From an uncultured Candidatus Saccharibacteria bacterium (GTDB lineage Bacteria; Patescibacteriota; Minisyncoccia; Ryanbacterales; HO2-45-13): a stretch of DNA of 62,807 bases. Shown here in pieces: positions 60,878-62,807 of this stretch; position 1 is the stretch's first letter, and each line of letters opens with the position of its first letter. The DNA lies in NCBI GenBank assembly GCA_964354975.1, contig CAYHBS010000005.1:1-62807 (forward strand), in the 5' to 3' direction. Position numbers and translations under genes: made by a program. The notes beneath the pieces are model-generated. The model searched no databases. It was not told where the DNA came from and saw nothing but the letters and a program-made list of their open reading frames with translations.

Positions 60878-62535
60878 ATTCCTGTAGGCGCAAGGTATTC
60901 CTGGTATTTTTGCTCTAGCTCAAACAGTATTTCTTTTGAGCGTATTTTCGTGGGAAAAATCTTCCAATATACATAATAAATGGAAAGCACGGTCAGCGCG
61001 GAAACAGCAAAGGCAATAACCGTGATTGTCCTCGTGCCCCAGAGTAAGGCCTCGTATGTCCCCGCCAAAAACCAAATTCCTAAAATAAGTTCTTTGTATG
61101 AATTTTTAAACAGGCTCGGCATGCGAGAAAGAATAAATTTATTTGTCCTTTCAAATGCCGACTTCGTCCGGACAACCAGTGACATCCACGCCTCAGAATA
61201 AACAAGCGTCATCCCCATGTGGATCACAAACGCTTGGAAAGAATACAGGAAGGGTCTTTTTTGTTTCCGAAGGGCAACCATAAAAAGCACCATTTTGGAT
61301 AGGAGGGTTATAAAAATGGAAAACGAAGCGACGGTAAGCAACTGTCTATGGAGATCAGTTACCGATATAGCAGGAAGAAGTACAATGGTGTAGGCGCCGA
61401 GTACGGCAAACGGTAGAAAATTCAAGTGGTCCCACGCAGTCAGGTGGGCAAAAAATCCAAGCCATGACCGGAATGGGATTTTTCCAATAAGCCCGAAAAG
61501 CGTCCCCAAAGACTGGGCATTCCCAAAGGCCCAACGCCATTTCTGTTTCCGATAGGACTCAAGATCATACGGCATAAGTCCGTACCCGATTGTGCGATCA
61601 GCGTATACCCCCCGATATCCCGCCCCGTAAATCCGAAGACCCACGTCGGCATCTTCAGTTAAAGCCTTTTCTCTAAAGCCCCCGATTTCGCGAAGTACAC
61701 ACACCGCGTATGTACTTATCGTTCCGGTAGACGGAACGCAATCTAAATGGTTTGCCATGTTCATGTAGATCTTGAAAAAGTGTCGGTATTCATCGTTGAT
61801 GGGACGGTTTTTATTTGTGCAATTTCGGTATTGTTGGGGAAATTGGACAAGTGCGATATTGTCAGACGTAAAATATGACAACGCTTCGCGCAAAAAATGC
61901 GGCTCGACGACATAATCCGCATCAATAACTGCCGCGTATTCTGACCGCTGATTGAGACGCTCCAGCCCATAATTGAGAGCGCCCGCCTTGAATCCAGATA
62001 AGTTGTCGACATGAAAAAAGCGAAACCTGCTTCCGAGCGCTTTTGTGAATGCTTCAACGGGTTTCCAGATACTCTTGTCTCTCGTGTTATTGTCGATGAC
62101 AAGAACCTCGAAATGTTCGTAGTTGAGATAAGAGAGGGCCTCAAGCGTCTGCATCAGTAACGCCGGTGGTTCATTGTATGCGGGCACAAGTATGGAAACA
62201 AACGGATGCCCAATATCGCTTCTGCGGTGCGGCTCGAACCGCGGGAATAATGCTATTACAATTTGCAGGACCGAGAGAAAAATGACAATTCCCGTGTTAA
62301 GAATGAGCGCGGCAATCGTATATCCCGGAACCAGGATGGAGGCAATCAAAACAATGATGAAAACCAACAACATAGCGAGTGTTAATAAAGATACGCTAAA
62401 ATTGCAAATTTTGAAAGTCGACTTGTATGCTACTACGCTGACGAAGTGTCGTTTCGTTAAAACGATTTCGCAATGGTTACTACAAACAAAATACCGAGAG
62501 AATTCAATAAAAATGAAATAACTAAAAATTGCCAA
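60874..62535 (-). CDS. membrane-embedded processive GT2 synthase (CesA/PgaC/NodC-like)
   Basis: VSILVPAYNEPP, VLVIDNNT, AVIDADY (DxD), LTEDADVG (TED), RKQKWRWAFG (QxxRW), flanked by multiple TM helices. Start uncertain (62535 or ATG 62373). Confidence 0.8.
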   Translation of the reverse strand: MAIFSYFIFIEFSRYFVCSNHCEIVLTKRHFVSVVAYKSTFKICNFSVSLLTLAMLLVFIIVLIASILVPGYTIAALILNTGIVIFLSVLQIVIALFPRFEPHRRSDIGHPFVSILVPAYNEPPALLMQTLEALSYLNYEHFEVLVIDNNTRDKSIWKPVEAFTKALGSRFRFFHVDNLSGFKAGALNYGLERLNQRSEYAAVIDADYVVEPHFLREALSYFTSDNIALVQFPQQYRNCTNKNRPINDEYRHFFKIYMNMANHLDCVPSTGTISTYAVCVLREIGGFREKALTEDADVGLRIYGAGYRGVYADRTIGYGLMPYDLESYRKQKWRWAFGNAQSLGTLFGLIGKIPFRSWLGFFAHLTAWDHLNFLPFAVLGAYTIVLLPAISVTDLHRQLLTVASFSIFITLLSKMVLFMVALRKQKRPFLYSFQAFVIHMGMTLVYSEAWMSLVVRTKSAFERTNKFILSRMPSLFKNSYKELILGIWFLAGTYEALLWGTRTITVIAFAVSALTVLSIYYVYWKIFPTKIRSKEILFELEQKYQEYLAPTGI

Positions 62536-62786
62536 TTTTTAAGCTGTGAAATTCCCATTAAGCTGATACCAACTTCGTCAGGGAACGGTGAAGCAATAAT
62601 TATTGCCCCCATAACATTTTGCCGTGGCAATGGTTTGTGTCGTTTGTGCGGCTCGGTGTCACTGAAATATACCCCACAGTATATGGGATTGGTGCGTTGT
62701 ATACTACTCACCCGGACAAGCGGCAAACTCGCAGCTTGGCGCTCTGCGTCCGACATATGTTTTCCCATCCGGACATAATTTCGCAT
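62457..62786 (-). CDS. hypothetical protein with C-terminal TM helix
   Basis: ORF track only. Compatible with the GT2 gene only if that gene starts at 62373. No motif recognised. Confidence 0.25.
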   Translation of the reverse strand: MRNYVRMGKHMSDAERQAASLPLVRVSSIQRTNPIYCGVYFSDTEPHKRHKPLPRQNVMGAIIIASPFPDEVGISLMGISQLKNWQFLVISFLLNSLGILFVVTIAKSF

Positions 62787-62807
62787 CCTGGGTACAGTAA
62801 ATACCCT

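Noticed and set aside
62457-62786. Idea that the ORF upstream of the GT2 synthase is a PilZ-type c-di-GMP receptor
   Set aside because: I could not find a convincing RxxxR ... (D/N)xSxxG pair with the right spacing. GISLMG is the only weak resemblance. The ORF also conflicts with the longest GT2 start.
1-62807. Search by eye for CRISPR arrays, rRNA, IS elements or transposases, integrases, prophage genes and stop-codon recoding (UGA as Gly)
   Set aside because: I saw no regularly spaced repeats, no rRNA-like stretches and no transposase or integrase motifs. ORFs terminate normally at TGA, TAA and TAG with canonical lengths, so the standard code fits.

Overview
This is a gene-dense segment of about 62.8 kb, roughly 90% coding and about half GC by eye. 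It uses the standard bacterial code, and most genes sit in long minus-strand operons with gaps of 0-12 nt or 4-nt overlaps. I could not run any searches, so every family call rests on motifs I recognised in the translations. The content is mostly housekeeping: a truncated dcw cluster (mraZ-rsmH-ftsL-ftsI-murF); lysS and greA; the rod complex (mreB-mreC-mreD-mrdA plus a second mreB paralog); proS, rseP, frr, holB, murC, a priA-like gene, def-fmt, tyrS and typA; an ABC-F ATPase; a glycerate/PEP plus antioxidant operon (bcp, glycerate 2-kinase, ppsA, 2-hydroxyacid dehydrogenase, eno, tspO, msrA); and a glycosyltransferase cluster. There is one tRNA-Glu(CUC). I saw no rRNA, CRISPR array, transposase or integrase. 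The compact style, divergent housekeeping proteins, minimal metabolism and a monoderm-style type IV pilus locus suggest a CPR/Patescibacteria (Parcubacteria-like) genome, but this is inference only. The most unusual region is the 9-kb type IV pilus locus (27.5-36.7 kb). It holds five prepilin-like genes, including a 968-aa giant pilin with a perfectly identical 670-bp internal duplication and Asp-box modules, and a PilM-TM-SH3b fusion. Other items worth a second look:
- a tandem triplication of the typA start region, with upstream ORFs and hairpins;
- a PriA-like protein with degenerate helicase motifs;
- an AOX-like di-iron oxidase;
- a recurring leaderless promoter layout (TANNNT-N6/7-ATG) that changes several start calls;
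- a duplicated tRNA 3' end next to a RhuM-Fic/Doc gene.
I see no unambiguous brand-new multi-gene system. The pilus locus and the typA leader are my best candidates.
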